From assembly GCA_964106645.2 (NCBI GenBank), contig OZ067041.1: a stretch of 64,000 nt of DNA; one strand, given 5' to 3'. The DNA is from Podarcis pityusensis (taxonomy: Eukaryota). Position 1 is the first letter of the stretch. Each line of letters begins with the position of its first letter. Shown piece by piece: positions 48,612 through 62,200 of this stretch. The position numbers were made by a program, and so were the translations under genes. The notes beneath the pieces were generated by a model that ran no database searches, was not told the DNA's origin, and was given only the letters and a program-made list of their open reading frames with translations.

Positions 48612-49385
48612 TGACACTGTGCAATCAAAGGGGCAACTCCCCACATAACAGTGTACTTCATTAAAATAGTTTCATACAGAACAGTTACAGGGCATGATGC
48701 TCTCTCCTTGCCATGTATTTCTCCACTTCCGGTTTCTTCTTCAGACTCCTCCCTCTGCTTTTACTTCTGAACTCTATACATGTAGTTACATCTTTGTTAA
48801 AGCAGACAATTAACTTAATCAGTTGGTTTGGCCAACAGGTTACTGCTAGCAAATACACCACAGTGGAGCCTTCACCACTGGTCCACAGTCATCCAGGTGA
48901 GCTGGTTGTCATACCAGCTTCTCGCTTCATGCCTGTGCAATTGTTCCAGGTGATACATTGTCTTTGTTTTGTGCATTGTACTTTGCTTGTTTAGCTCTTT
49001 CCTTTTGTGGAATCCAAGTGTACTGTCTCACCATTTCCCCTGGAGTTGTAGCAAAGAGTCCCCCAAGGGCAGCAATGTCTCCATCCTCCTTCCCATCAGT
49101 CTTTGAACTGGGCTACTGTTCATTCCTTGAAAGGGTGTGTTTCTGTGATTCCAATCAAGCCAGGTAAGGACCCCCTGCAGTCTTGTTTGCTTTGGCTGTC
49201 TTTACTGCTGATTCTGCGTTCCCATTGTTCTGTGAGTATCCATAGAATAGTGCCTTGCGCTGGAATTCCTATGTAATGCATAACTCTGAATTCTCCTGAG
49301 GCGTATTGTGGCCCGTTGTCCAAGAACAGAGTGCTGGGTATCCCATGCCTTTCAAAATGAGACGTAAGCTTTCTGACCATGTTAA
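48612..49385 (-). mobile_element. Decayed Ty3/Gypsy LTR retrotransposon: integrase remnant plus possible 3' LTR (48612-48790)
   Basis: Frameshifted peptides HFERHGIPSTLFLDNGPQYASGEF, GYSQNNGNAESAVK, TPFQGMNSSPVQRLMGRRMETLLP match integrase core motifs; the downstream TGTAAC...GTGTCA segment is LTR-like (less certain). Confidence 0.82.
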
Positions 49386-51980
49386 CATTTCTGAGCATGC
49401 ACAGAAACCACTGAATGCCGAGTATCAGTTGGAAAACAGGAAATTGGTGTGGGTGGGTGTGCATATATGGGGAGGGGCAGGCGATGCCCTGCTTAGGCAA
49501 AATAGTTGGCTAGTACCTTAAACAGCTGTATTGTAGGCAAGGACATACTGCAACATTTTGTTGCAGTCCCCACTTGTGCTTTATCTGAGATTTAAGATCT
49601 TTAAAAGTACTTGTCTTCACGCAGGCCCCAGCAGGAGCAGGCCCCAGCTGGAAAGTTTGCTACTGCTGACACAGTTTACATTCTCCTCTTCCCCATTCCC
49701 ACCCTACTACTTTCTCCTCACTCCAAGAGTTCTCTCAAGCAGCCTTTAAGCTTTAAACAAATATGAATTTGTAAAGCAGCAGTCTGCTCTCATGTCACTC
49801 TGCCACCCCTCCATCCTGCCTTCCTCCTCTCCAAAGCCCAACAGAGTTGGCAAGAGCAGCACGTGTACAGAAAACAAACACGTGGAGCATAGCCAGCAAT
49901 GAAGCTGGATTTGGTATGCTCTGTTTACAAAAGGAATAAGGAATAGGAAGAAAAGAGAGCAAGGAAGACAGTTGGAATTATACACCAGTCAGAAAAACAC
50001 ATATGTATAAAATAGAAAGAACAATGCATTCAGCTCCCAATGAACTCAAATCCTTTGTCCTGCGTCCAAGTCATTTTACTGTTTCAGTTGATGCCCACAT
50101 CTTAATTTAAAAACACAATTATCTACTTTTTATCTTCAAGGCCAGAATCAAGTTTTCCCAAGCAGTCCAAAGCTATTCCTCACCGCAAAGGCCATTGTTG
50201 ACTGCAATATAGCCTGCCTTTCCTATATGTCTGAAACATTATATATGCAGCTTTCAGAAAGCAGAGCACAGGAAGAAGAGTCAGAGAAGTGGTAATTCTG
50301 ATCCAGAAGGGTCTCCAACCGTAAAAAAAAAAAAAAAATCTATGTGTCAACTTGCACTCCCTCTGAACTCCACCTTCCCCCATTCCAATGTATTTTGCAA
50401 GGTTCAGGGTAGAAACATTGTGGGGTGGCTTGGTTCCATGTGGTTTCTACCCCTAACCATAATTCTGACCAATCTTCCTCAAAAGATTTGCAGATGTGTT
50501 TTCGGATAGCTGCAAAACCAGATTAGTTCTACCTAATCTTAGGCTTAGTATAAAAAATTCTTCTCTGCTAGAACATCTACCCAAGTATTATTTTCGGGGA
50601 AATCGCCAGCATATACACCAAAAACCCTCTCATGAATAGCTTCATACCTCTATGGGTTTCAAAACTAGAAGTGATGTTTTAGATTAAAATAACTGCACTG
50701 TTCATCAAGAGTGATCCAAGTCCTGGTATGATTCTGGAACCCTAAGTTTACAAACCTTAGTTTACAAAATAAGATTACGGTTAAGAAAGAAGAGAGTCAT
50801 AATGTAAAAAATCAACCTGGTACATTATTTCTCAGAACAGAGGAGAAGACAACCTGAATTTCACACATAGTCTTGTTGAATTGGTGACATTAATCAGTGA
50901 CAATAATTCCTACCATATCTATATCCATATCTATATTATAGTGGATGCTAACAAGCAGACTAAAGAATTAACTACTTCCAAGACAGGATGCAATCCTGTA
51001 TCCCTACTTACCTGGGAGTAAGCCCCATTAAACCCAATGGGCCTTGCTTCTGAGTAGATATGTACAGGACTGTGCTGTTACAGATTTACTATTTGTAAAA
51101 ACACTTAATTATATTTTCTCTCTCTCAAAAAAATAAATAAAATAAAAATAAAAAATCAACTGGCTAATCTCCAGAATTCAAGGTGTTAGCACTCTGAAGG
51201 TCCAATAGCACCAAAGAGATGGAGGACAGATCAGCTTACTTTTTACAATGGAAACAAAGCAATTTACAGTGTACACAAAATACTGTGGTTAAGGGAAGGA
51301 GCAACCATACCAAAGCAGTGTGGTGAGAGGCTGGTATAGACAAAAACAGCAGGATAATTTTACAGGGATAAACCAGCTCAAAATCACAGACCCAATAGAA
51401 AATGTTTGTCAAATGAACAAGAGGCCTAGTTTAAATTTAAACACCATCCCGAAGCACATTCACTCCATGATCATGTCCTGTTGATTTCAGTGGAATATGC
51501 TATCAAATCTGAGGATTGAGGTCTTGGCATTTATTGTGCCAGCAGGGAATCTAATCTAGTTATAGCAGTGCAACTGAACTACATATCTTGTAATGAAGAC
51601 CAACTGTGACATAAAATGAGCCCTCAGGCATCAGTGTTGTCTACCTACTGCAAAATAGTACAGTAATGGCAAAAAACTGAAAAAAACAAATGGAGACAAA
51701 CAAGATATCTGGTGGCCAACAAAATACAGAGCATTGTTTGTGTGATTAACTCCCATTACCTGGAAATCCTGCTGATGCAGGTGCTATAACAGTACTTAGG
51801 AGAAGCTCATGTGTCGCTATGCTTGTCAAATTTATCTTAAGCCAATGACCCAACTCAGGAGGTGGGGCTCAAAGCAAAAGGCTATCACCCAGCTGCTACC
51901 ACCTAGTCAATATGCATGAATTAAAACAACAATCCAGTGCTGTACTTATGCACTTTGCCGCGTTATTCCCTCAACACAAT

Positions 51981-52366
51981 GGCCTGGTTCACATGTCACA
52001 TTAAATCACTGTTAAAATAAACTATGGTTTAACATGAATGAGTTGAAATTGTAGGCACTTTGCTCCACTTTGGCTCCTGCTGCGGCCACATTGCCAGGAA
52101 ACAAGCTATGGTCTGTCTTGTCATGTTATCTAAACCTGGATTTGTGGTTTGTTTCTCTTCAAACAAACCACTCACAGAAGCCAAGGTTTGTTTTTGGCTT
52201 ACTGCTCATAGTGCGGAGAGACACAGCAAGCCAGACCATGCTGCAGGATCAGGGTGGGGAATTTCAGAAGGCCCCCAATTTCAAAAGCATGCACCAGCAT
52301 ACCTTTTGTTCACGTTAAACCTTGGTTTATTGTAACTATGGCTTAATGTGATGTGCGCACCAGGCT
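51981..52366. mobile_element. Harbinger-like MITE
   Basis: Imperfect TIR GGCCTGGTTCACA...TGCGCACCAGGCT with AAT on both flanks. Confidence 0.65.
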
Positions 52367-55300
52367 AATGTGAATGACTAATAAGAAATAGGCTGGCTTT
52401 GGGTAGCTCTACGAGGCCTAGAATCCAGATATGAGGCTGTCTTCCTATAGACTTTTTTCCTGAGAAAATGGATGTCCTCACCACCATCTCTTTCACCACA
52501 TTCATTTTCCTCTCATCTGGAGAAAATTTATCAAGCCCTTGTGATGACTCAAAGTATACACATTGCAAGCCATAATCCAATGCCAGCTGCTGCGATTATT
52601 CAGTTGCTGCAAGCAACAACATTTCTGTGTTAATCATCTTTCTTCCTCTTTCCTCTCACCTCACCCCCGCAGTCCCCTTTTTCAATTAAAACAGCTACTT
52701 GGCAGTGAAAAAGCAAGGCTCTTGTCAATCCCGTTCATGTCACGGTATGAAAATATCTGTCTAAACAGCAATAGTCAGCTCAAACTTCCTACATTCTGTG
52801 AAGCAAGGCATAACATTTTCCTCATGGTACAAATGAGGAGGGTTAGAGGTATTGCAGTGAAAAGGAACTGATTTAAAGGGTGATCATAATAACATGGTGC
52901 CTGTGGTAAAGAAGGGAACATAGAACAGATATTCCATCTCTAATTGAAGAACTCTGACTTTTTAAAGATCCTGACAATCATAACTGTTTCTCTGAAAAAG
53001 AAATGCACATTTCTCTTCAGTCGAGAATGCCACTTGCTGTCAGTATCCTTGATGATGGCTGCTAGTTGCTAAGTACTCCTAAAGGTTTTGGCCTATCAAA
53101 ATAAGTATGGCAATCTTAACTAATGTGGTACAACAGTTAAGTCAGGGTTTATTATAGGGACCTTAGGAGGGCAGTAAGATGTCTGCTGCTCTGTCAAATG
53201 GTCCTTGTATTATGGGTGGCGAAAGAGTTAACTCCAGGATAACGTCAAAACTTTCTTTTTCCAAGTAAAACACATTTTTGGCACTATGCCCAATCTGGGG
53301 AGGGTCATCTCTCTCTCCTCCTTTTCCTTCACCCGCCTTCTCTCCTCAAGGTTCAGAACAAATGAATCTCATTGCCCAACACACTCCACAACTAGTTTCA
53401 TCTTGGTCCAAGCTCATTGTGTGTTTCAACTTCTGCCAAGAAGATTTAAAGGGAGGGAGGGGAGAAGAAGCTTGTATGTGGAGAGAAGAGAGGGGAGGGG
53501 AAACAAAGGAAGGAGAAGAGGTTACTGTATGCTGAATATCCTATAGAAAGAAGTTGGAAATAACAGAGAGGAGAGATTTTGCTCAGAAGATCTCAGATTG
53601 TCTTGAAGCCAGGATCAAAGAGGCCACAAGAGACCAGCCGTTGCCCATATGATCCTTCCTTCCCCTACAGCTAGAACTCAGCAGCTTACAATTCTCACTC
53701 CACCACCATCCCGCCTCTGTTCTGCTTCTCCTTATTTGCATCCTACTTCTAGCCACTGTCATCCAAGAACAGAGCAGAACTGGCACACATCCTGCCCCAC
53801 ACCCAAGAGCCAGGAACACAGACAACTGTCTCAGAGGATCATTCCTGTGGCTGAAAACAAGAGGGTTGAGTTTCCCACAAACCCAGGATGAATCAGGAGT
53901 CATCAGAAGAAGCCAACTCTCCGGGTACTCTTCCTCCCCTCTCCAAGCAGCAGAATTAGAGGCACTTCACAGGCAAAACATGCTGCTCGCAGGCAGAACT
54001 GTCTCTTGGCTGTCTCTTAGTGCAGACCCAGGTCCTCGAGCCTGAGCCTCCACAGCCGCTGGCTGCCATGAACCACCATTGACAGGATTGGCAGTAACAG
54101 CAGCAGATACGTCCTCTGCTTAAGATAATACTCTTGCTGATAATGCTGTTTCAAATGTGCATTTTACATTTGCATTCCTTGAGTAATGTTTTATCTCAAA
54201 ATGTTAAGATAATTTGTTCTTGCTGCCTTAAATGCACATCCTGTGCTTGATCTTCTTTGTAATGTTTTGTGTTGAAATCTTTCAAGATAAAAGTTTAATT
54301 TCCTGTTAATTATGTTTCTTTGAATGCATTCTTTATATCTGACTTTCTTCTGCCAAGTTTTACTCTGGATTGTTTCATTTGATGCTTTAAACCGCTTAGA
54401 GTTTTTTTCTTTAAAATATAAAGCGGTATAATAATGAAATAAATAATAATAACAAGAATAACAAGAACAACTAAATTGAGGCAAGCCATCTACAGTCTCC
54501 ATTTGTCATGTACTTTTCTTATCAATATCAGTCAAGGCTGTCTGGGTCTTTGAGAATTAGTGACGTGTGGTTGTGCATTCTCGTTGCTTGAGTATTCTGT
54601 ACATTAGTCTTCAGCTGGTTGACATTAAGGTATGATAAGTTGTAACAGCAGTACCACAACCTCGTTTGGATGAATCAGTGAGTGTAAGAAAGCAAGCAGC
54701 ACAAATGTAAACAGTCAGATAGAATAAAAGGAAGAGTAACAAACAAGATAAAACATTGAAAGTGGACTTCATGTTACAGATTGGTGTTAAGAGATGGATC
54801 CCAGAGCTAGAAAGAGTGAAAACTAACTAACACACTAACTGAAGCCTAAGGTACCACCTAGGACCTTTTACTATATTAATAGGATGAGTGATCCATGTTC
54901 TCCATGTTGAAATTGAGAGCATTTGAACATTAAAAAATAATTCCTACAGATTTTAAATGAGTAAAATGCTGCATGGTTATCACCTTGTTTCTCTAATGTC
55001 AACCCTAGAGAAACAGAACAGTGAAACAGCAATTGTTTGTGATCCAGACAGCTGTTATGCACATCACACTGGAAAAAAGGAAGTATCCAAGGAGGAGTCA
55101 CTGTAAGGGGAAACACTTTGGGAGCAGCAAAGATCCCACCCAAAAGGGCTGGGGAAGAAGGTCAATGGGGTCTTCTCACCATCAGTTCTGCAGAGGAGGA
55201 ATCTAACTCAAAGATGAAGGGTGAAACTATTCCTTTGATCGCTACAGTTCTTGCACTGGGGATTTGGTCAAGAAATTCTATCCCCCTTGAAAGATGGTTT

Positions 55301-57375
55301 TCATTTTTGATGTTTGCCCAAACTCCACCTTCTCTTTCCTCAAGCCTTTCCTCAAGGTGTTTTTTTTAAAAAAAACCAAAACCCTTTTTTTACCAAGAAT
55401 TATTTACATGGGTACTTCAGTTACCTTTTCTCCCCTTCTAAACTTTCTCAGCCTAAACTTGAGGTGCTTTTCATGGTCTTTAGTACCCCAAAATCATAAA
55501 GCAGGGTTGACCAGCTAAGATTTTTTTTTTTTATGTAACATCATTATTTGTTTTTCATTTGTAACACCCTATCTAAGCCTGCTTGCAAGAGCTCCAGAAC
55601 TTGGCAAGAAACAGCACTGACGTTATGGAATCTGACTATCCATTAAGGGGGTTGTTTGTGCACCAAACTATATATTTTTGTGCTCCACCATGGTTGCCAC
55701 TCATGATGAATGGGAAAAGAGAAATTCACAACATGACACCCTCAAGTCATACAATGAGTCTGACTTAACAATACAGTTGGGCTGTATGGACAATTTGCCA
55801 CAGGTCTACTGGTCTGTGGTGCAAGTTAACATATAGACCAGTTCAAAGTGTTTTGTTGTGGAGAGAGTTGGTTAGATCTATGCATTATTCATTTTGGGGT
55901 AGACACAAAGACTGCATAAATGTACAATAATAATTAATAACCCAGAGGCTTCCAAGTTAGTGGAAAATTGGAAAGAAACTGTTGCATAATTCTGCCAGAA
56001 TATTCCCACTCTGATCACTCTGTAAATGAATAGCCTACATTTATTTCATCTATAGTTGGATCCTTCACACAATTCCGCCCCCCCAAGTATGTTAAAAAAA
56101 CATTTTCTTTGGCAACTGTGCTAAAAATTGACTAATGGATTTGATGGCATTGCCCTTTCCTGCTTCCACCCTCAAATGTTGGCATCCAAAAGTTTCTCTA
56201 AAGATAAAGCCAACTTTGCTTTTTGGAGTGGGGAATTTGAAGGAATGGTTTAACAGAGAGAAGATGTAGGAGTCAGTCATCCGGGGTAGGGGGAAGGGCG
56301 TGATTGAAGATTACGACAGTCTCTCTGTACAGCTATTGGCTAAAAGTCTAGGTCAGTTGCCTACCTGCTCAAGATCATCAGTTGACCATCTTCAGGGCCA
56401 ATTCAGCTATGCATAATCCTCTCATGCTTTAGTATAATCTCAGTTTTCAGGTGGGAAGTCACTTGTTTTATACCCACACTTGTGAAAATCACACCCCGCA
56501 CACCATAATGTACCACATCTGAAAGAAGACATGAAAGCAAGCCTTCTCTTTGAAGTGATACATTTTGGCTTGTTTCAAACAAGTGGTTTCCTACATGAAA
56601 ACTGAGTCCTCTGAGAAGACTGTACAAACTCAGGCATTAATAGTTTGAATCTCCATTTGTCGAAGTACACGACAGAGCTGACATGCTGCCAACCCACAAA
56701 GCACAAAGACACCTTCCCAGAACACCTACAATGGCACCATCTCTCTTTCGATCGTTGCCCGTGAACCTAAGGCTCACACACTATTCATTCCCTCTCCTCC
56801 TCTCCACATGGGAATTACTTTTAAATAAGCAAAGAGATCCCCATTATGTTCACACTTGTGTAGCTCTACTTAGTTCAAACAAGCCAGGATTAAACTGTTG
56901 TTTAGGATCCTGGCTAGTTCACTAACCATAGTTCAAAATAACCGGAGATCCCAAAGTTCAGACATTAACAAGGAATTCTGGTAAGTTTTGAAGAAACAGG
57001 TACTTCCAATCTTCCCCTCAGAATTGCATCAGAGGAGAAGACGGGATCATGTGAGCCCAATCATCATGTATGTAGCATGACCATACATAACACAGGGGTA
57101 GCCTGCTACAGGTGTTAGACTACAGTTCCCATCAGCTGCAGCCCACATGGCCAGTGGTCAGAAGGGATGATAATTATAGTTTAAAAGCATATGGTAGCGT
57201 GCTGTTGCACTCATGACCTTGTTGGCTTGCCATAGACATCTGGTTGGTCACAGAGAACAAAATGCTGGATTAGATTAGCTTTTGGTCTGGCCAATGGTTA
57301 GGGATAATGGAAATTGTAGTCCAGCATCATCTGCAGAATCACAGGCACTTCATCCCTGCACTAAAGACAGCTCTC

Positions 57376-57377
<2 letters not shown>

Positions 57378-57412
<35 letters not shown>
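57378..57412. repeat. (CA)n microsatellite
   Basis: About 17 CA units. Confidence 0.95.
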
Positions 57413-57419
<7 letters not shown>

Positions 57420-58245
57420 TAACCATAGTGCATTCCAATGTCACTAGGGAATGTATGCAAATAACCTAATCATATCTGTCTTCTCCATCTGACTGGCATC
57501 GCAGAAGGGGACTAAAAATGGGTTCTCAACATTAATTTACAAGCAGACTATGTTAATTTTAACCAAGATTGGGAATAACTGCATTACAGCAGGAAGGTCT
57601 GCATGGTTTTGTGGCCTACTCTTGAATGCTTAACCATGGTTCCACTGTTATGATGGAACTGGACCGCTGCAATGTGATGCTGTGATAGAAAATAAACTCC
57701 TAATATTATTGTAAGATGTAGTATTTAAAATGTTAACTCTATGCACCTTAAAACATGACTCAGTAAAACCTGCAGAAACAAACTCTATTGCCAGACTACT
57801 CTTTGCAGAAAGATGCAAGGCAACATGAAGATCTGTTCCTTTCACATAATACAAAATTATTAAGCAAGATGAAGCTTTATTTGCTTCACAAAATTTCCCC
57901 AGTTTGCTGAATCATCACTTGCAATATCACATTAACACAGTATATGGTCATATGAATGCTATCAACTTTGGGAATTTGGGTGTTTGTAGATGGAAGCTCA
58001 ATGAGCTAAAAGTTATCATTAAAGTTCTGCACCAATCTGCAGCAAAACTGGTTTTCAACATTAAGAAATCAAACAATAAGTAAAATCTTTCAAAATATAC
58101 ACAGGCATCATCATCAGTTTTTCAACTGGAAAAGTTCAGACTAAAGCTCTTTGAAATAAAGTCTTCCTGAAAGTCAGCAAGGAAACTGAAAGATGAAATG
58201 TCTTAAGCAGGAAGTTCCAACTCAGGCGCCACAACTAAGAAGTTC

Positions 58246-58380
58246 ATGGTAGGGAACCTGTGGCCCTCCAGATGTTGCTGGACTTCAACTCCCATAAGCC
58301 TCAGTTAGCATGGCCAATGGTCAGATATGATGTGAGTTGTAGGCCAGCAACATCTGTTGGGCCACAAGCTCCCCACCCAT
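58246..58380. mobile_element. Palindromic short MITE (hAT-like)
   Basis: GTGGCCCTCCAGATGTTGCTGGACTTCAACTC / GAGTTGTAGGCCAGCAACATCTGTTGGGCCAC inverted arms; related pieces at ~57090-57360 and ~1590-1660. Confidence 0.75.
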
Positions 58381-61300
58381 ACCAAGATCACAGCTAGAAC
58401 ACATTTAGCAATGTCCGTCACAGTGACCTCATTCAGACCTAACATTAAACATGTATTTGTATTTATACTATGAATGTATTGAATACTGGATTTTTGTCTG
58501 ACCCCTTGAAAGTGTAGATAAGTTAAGGAGTCTCAGAGCTTTTCATCAGAAACAGCCAACACCTGTTGCTAAGATAGGATTATTATGCATTGAACTTTTA
58601 ATGTGCTTAATTGTTTTTGTCTAGAAAGTTCCATTCTGCAACACTGCAGAGTTCAATTTACCGCCATGCAAAAGATTGATAAAGCAATCCTCCAAGATCA
58701 GATTAGCCTGTAAAATGAGTATCAAGGAAGGCTATTCAGTATGAAGAACCAATCATTAAAAAGTTCACAAGCTGAACTCACCAACACCATCACTAACAGG
58801 GAGATTTCCAGTTTCATACCAACTTACTATGACTCCTACTGAAGTCAATGGCACAAGTCTCTCATCACCTTTGGGAGCCAAAACAGGCCAAGATAATGAG
58901 CTTCCCCAAGTCTACCCCCCTATACCAACAGTAGTTCTTGTGTCTTGCCTATCCATATGGCTGTTATAGGCATGGCCTTAAGCTACTCACCACAAACCAG
59001 CCCTTAAGCTATAAAGGTAGAGAGTGTTTTAAATATATATATGGGTTGTGCTTGTTTCCTCTGCCAGCCTATATAAAGAAAGTGTTTTGGTTATTCCTCC
59101 TTTCTAGGAATTAAAGATGGGTGTAAATCAATCAGAAAACTGACTCACTCTTTTGCTGTAGCTAAATTTTCAGCATCTCAATACTACTAACCTTTCTTTA
59201 CCAACAGAAGCGACTGGTTTAACAACTTCTCTTTCACATGATTGTGGCTGCAGTTATTTATTATTGCAAGTTGTGATGAATGCTATAATGATTTGCATTC
59301 ATGAGTTAGATATATGTTATCACAGGTTTGTGGGTTAGAAAAGAATCATACAAGTCAGCTTGAGCAAGGAATAGACTTTCCAGATCTTGTGCTTTGTACA
59401 CAGGAATGTATACCACTCCTACCTCAAACTCCCAACTGTCTATGCCTTCCCTATACAATCTCTGGAAGAAAGAGCTAGGGTCTGTTTGAAACTGCCACAT
59501 TCTCACATTGTGGACCTTCATTAGTCACTGCAGTGGAACTGCTGGACTGGAAACAAACTACAAACTGAAGACTTAAATGCAAATAGTAAAAGCTGGAACC
59601 TGCACTCCGCAGCTAGTGGAGAATTAATAGGAGCAGAATCTACATTTCTAAGTGGCAAACTTTACAGAAGACATTACAGAAAGGGTCTGGGAGGATTTAT
59701 TATTAACAGGAAGCAACATGTGTGTGAGAGAGGAAATTAGGTTGAAAAGGAAGACAATAGATATATATAATATTCTTCATTGGTTAAAAGTAGTTAGGGT
59801 GGTATTCTTTATGGGTCAACTCTACTGTAAAAAGGGTTGTGCCTCTGAGGTTTATTCGCCAAGTATGTACCAGTTCAACAACAGATGCAGGACCAATAAA
59901 AACTCTCTCTATTTTGTGACTCTCATTCTTTCAGACTAAGCCAGTGATGTTCTAAAAATCAGTTATCAACAAAGACACAGACACAGACATCAATAAAAAT
60001 AGCTGGGGAAACATTTGATTATTAAAACAATGACCAAATTTTGCACAATGAACCCCAACAGAACATGTGGTGCATTGATATAGGACAGTTCAGTTCCATT
60101 ACACAACGCACAGTGAGGTAAATCCATACCTAAATAGACACAAATCTCCTGGATAGCTGTCATAATATCTGAATCCTTGTTAGAAACAGCCACATGCAAT
60201 TTAAACTTTACTCTTTAGCTACAAGCAAGGACATTGTGCCTGGACATAACCATCTTCTACAGGTTTCATTAAGAAAGTGGTTGGGAAGCCTGAAGAGCTA
60301 AACAAGAGAGTGGTGAACAGCTCTTGGCTTCCAGCTATGCATCTTTCACATAAATATTATCTTATTTTTCCTTTGCTTAAACAAACTATAATATATATAT
60401 TTAATTTCCAAACACTCATAGGGAGTTTTACACACATATAGGATGAGCTGCAGGTTTGTAGTCTTAAAAGTAATGGAGATGGGATCATAAAAAAACACAA
60501 GGAAGTTTTTCAAAATTAGATTTATCATACCATAATTCACAGGAAAATCCCAGTTTACCTAGAACTTTTACAAGTTTAACATAAGCACAATATCAATATA
60601 GTTTTGCTATATGCAATTACAATATATGGGCATCCAATTTTTAAAAAACTAAAATGTTAGTAAGAGTTTTTAATTAACTGAAGTATTTCAGAAATGAGGG
60701 CTCTTGGAAATATTTCTCAAGAACACCAAGGTCACAACCCAGCCAACAGTAAGCACCTTTTTGACCTACTGAAACCAACTGGAGAATTAAGCAGGTGCAG
60801 AACTCTCTTCCAATGAAATCCCTAAATCTTAAAAGGGCTTAACGGCAGCTGGATTATGCCCAAGGTGTTTACATAAGTTTTGCTACTTGAGGATTCTCCC
60901 CACTTTATTAGCAAGTGTTAAATATCCTTTTGAAAAGCTGAACTGGGGAGTTCCTGCAAATAACTTTTACCTCTCAATCACAAGTCTCGGACAAAATCTT
61001 ACAACCAAAACAAGGCATCTAAGATCTAAAATCCTCTAAAATACTTTTCCACCTACTACCGCCAATTTCTTTTTCATTTAAAGATGGAAACAAAAAGTTT
61101 ACAAAAATAAGCGGTTGAACAGGCAAATGCAGACAACCAACTTGTTTACTCTGAGCAAACTCATTCATGCATTCTCTATGTTGCAGCAGCCTGCATTGTC
61201 ACAAGCAAAAGATGCTGCCCCATTTACACGCTCCCCCCCCCCCATCTTTTCAAGTTTCTAAAAAACTTTTAAATAAATCTACCCTACTGATGCAGGCTTG

Positions 61301-61971
61301 CTACAAGGCATTTCCTAGATTGCCTTACAAGCCTGAACTAAGATGATAAAGAAAGTTTATTTCTCCCCCATTTCTTTCCTTTTTAAAAAAAAACACACAA
61401 AACAAACACATTGCAATCTCTGGTGGACTTTTGGCAAGAGCTGGAGCTGAATTGTAAAGAGAATTTGCCAGGTCCTCCATTACTGCCAAGATGATGGCAA
61501 AAAAGTGAAACAGCCAGGCTGCAAATCTCACCTGCCCAGTGAAAAACAAACCTGCACAAACCAGAGAAAGTTAAAAGAACCATGGGGAAATCTTGACTTC
61601 TTATAAACTATCAAACTCATCCTACATCTCCCCGCAAAAAAGGGAAAAAAACCAAACATCCCGGCTCCATCCTCCCAAATTCCCAACGCCACAAATTACT
61701 GTTACACGGGGAAGCCTATGACTTTATTTTGCTCCTCGGTTTTGTTTGATTTTGTTTAAAATCAAACTCTGGGGTTGTTTTGTTGTTATTGCTGCTGCTG
61801 CTGCTGCTTCCCTCACCCAAGATGATGCTGAAGGGATAGCGGTTACCGAAAAAGAAAAGGAAAAAAGGAAAAGAAGGGAGTTTTCAAAGATAAGGAAAGA
61901 AACAGCAACAAAGAACCCCAAACCCCAAGAATGAGGAGCTCCCAGCCCGGGCAGTTCAACTAGGCACTCAC

Positions 61972-62200
61972 CCAAATAAAGCTGATGTTGAGAATCTGGA
62001 TGGAGGAGGTTTAAGGGAGAAAGGGAGGCTGTTGTACTTGGGAGCAGGCTGCTTTTAGGAAGAGTCCGCAGCTTCCCTACAAAGCTGAGCGGAAGAGGAA
62101 GAAGAAACTGCAGAGAGCCGAGGAAGCCACTGGGATCGAGGCAGCCGGAGCCTCCATATGGAAGAAGGTTTTTTGGATGACTGAACTCTCAAACAATTCC
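61972..62200 (-). other. BOC: Probable non-coding first exon of BOC (TSS not determinable)
   Basis: Strong donor TGG|GTGAGT at 61971 on the edge of the CpG-rich region; the ATG exon has an acceptor, so an upstream exon is required. Confidence 0.6.

Larger units (their letters stand above)
2586..62200 (-). other. BOC: BOC gene span (Brother of CDO, Ig/FNIII Hedgehog co-receptor); spliced CDS 3303 nt, 1100 aa
   Basis: 18 coding exons joined with consistent phase and GT-AG sites; SP-4xIg-3xFNIII-TM-tail architecture (CDON has 5 Ig); BOC-type peptides ARSSDLPYLIVGVVLGS, PDDSTHQLLQ, CCLGLVPVE. Gene ends are approximate. Confidence 0.97.
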
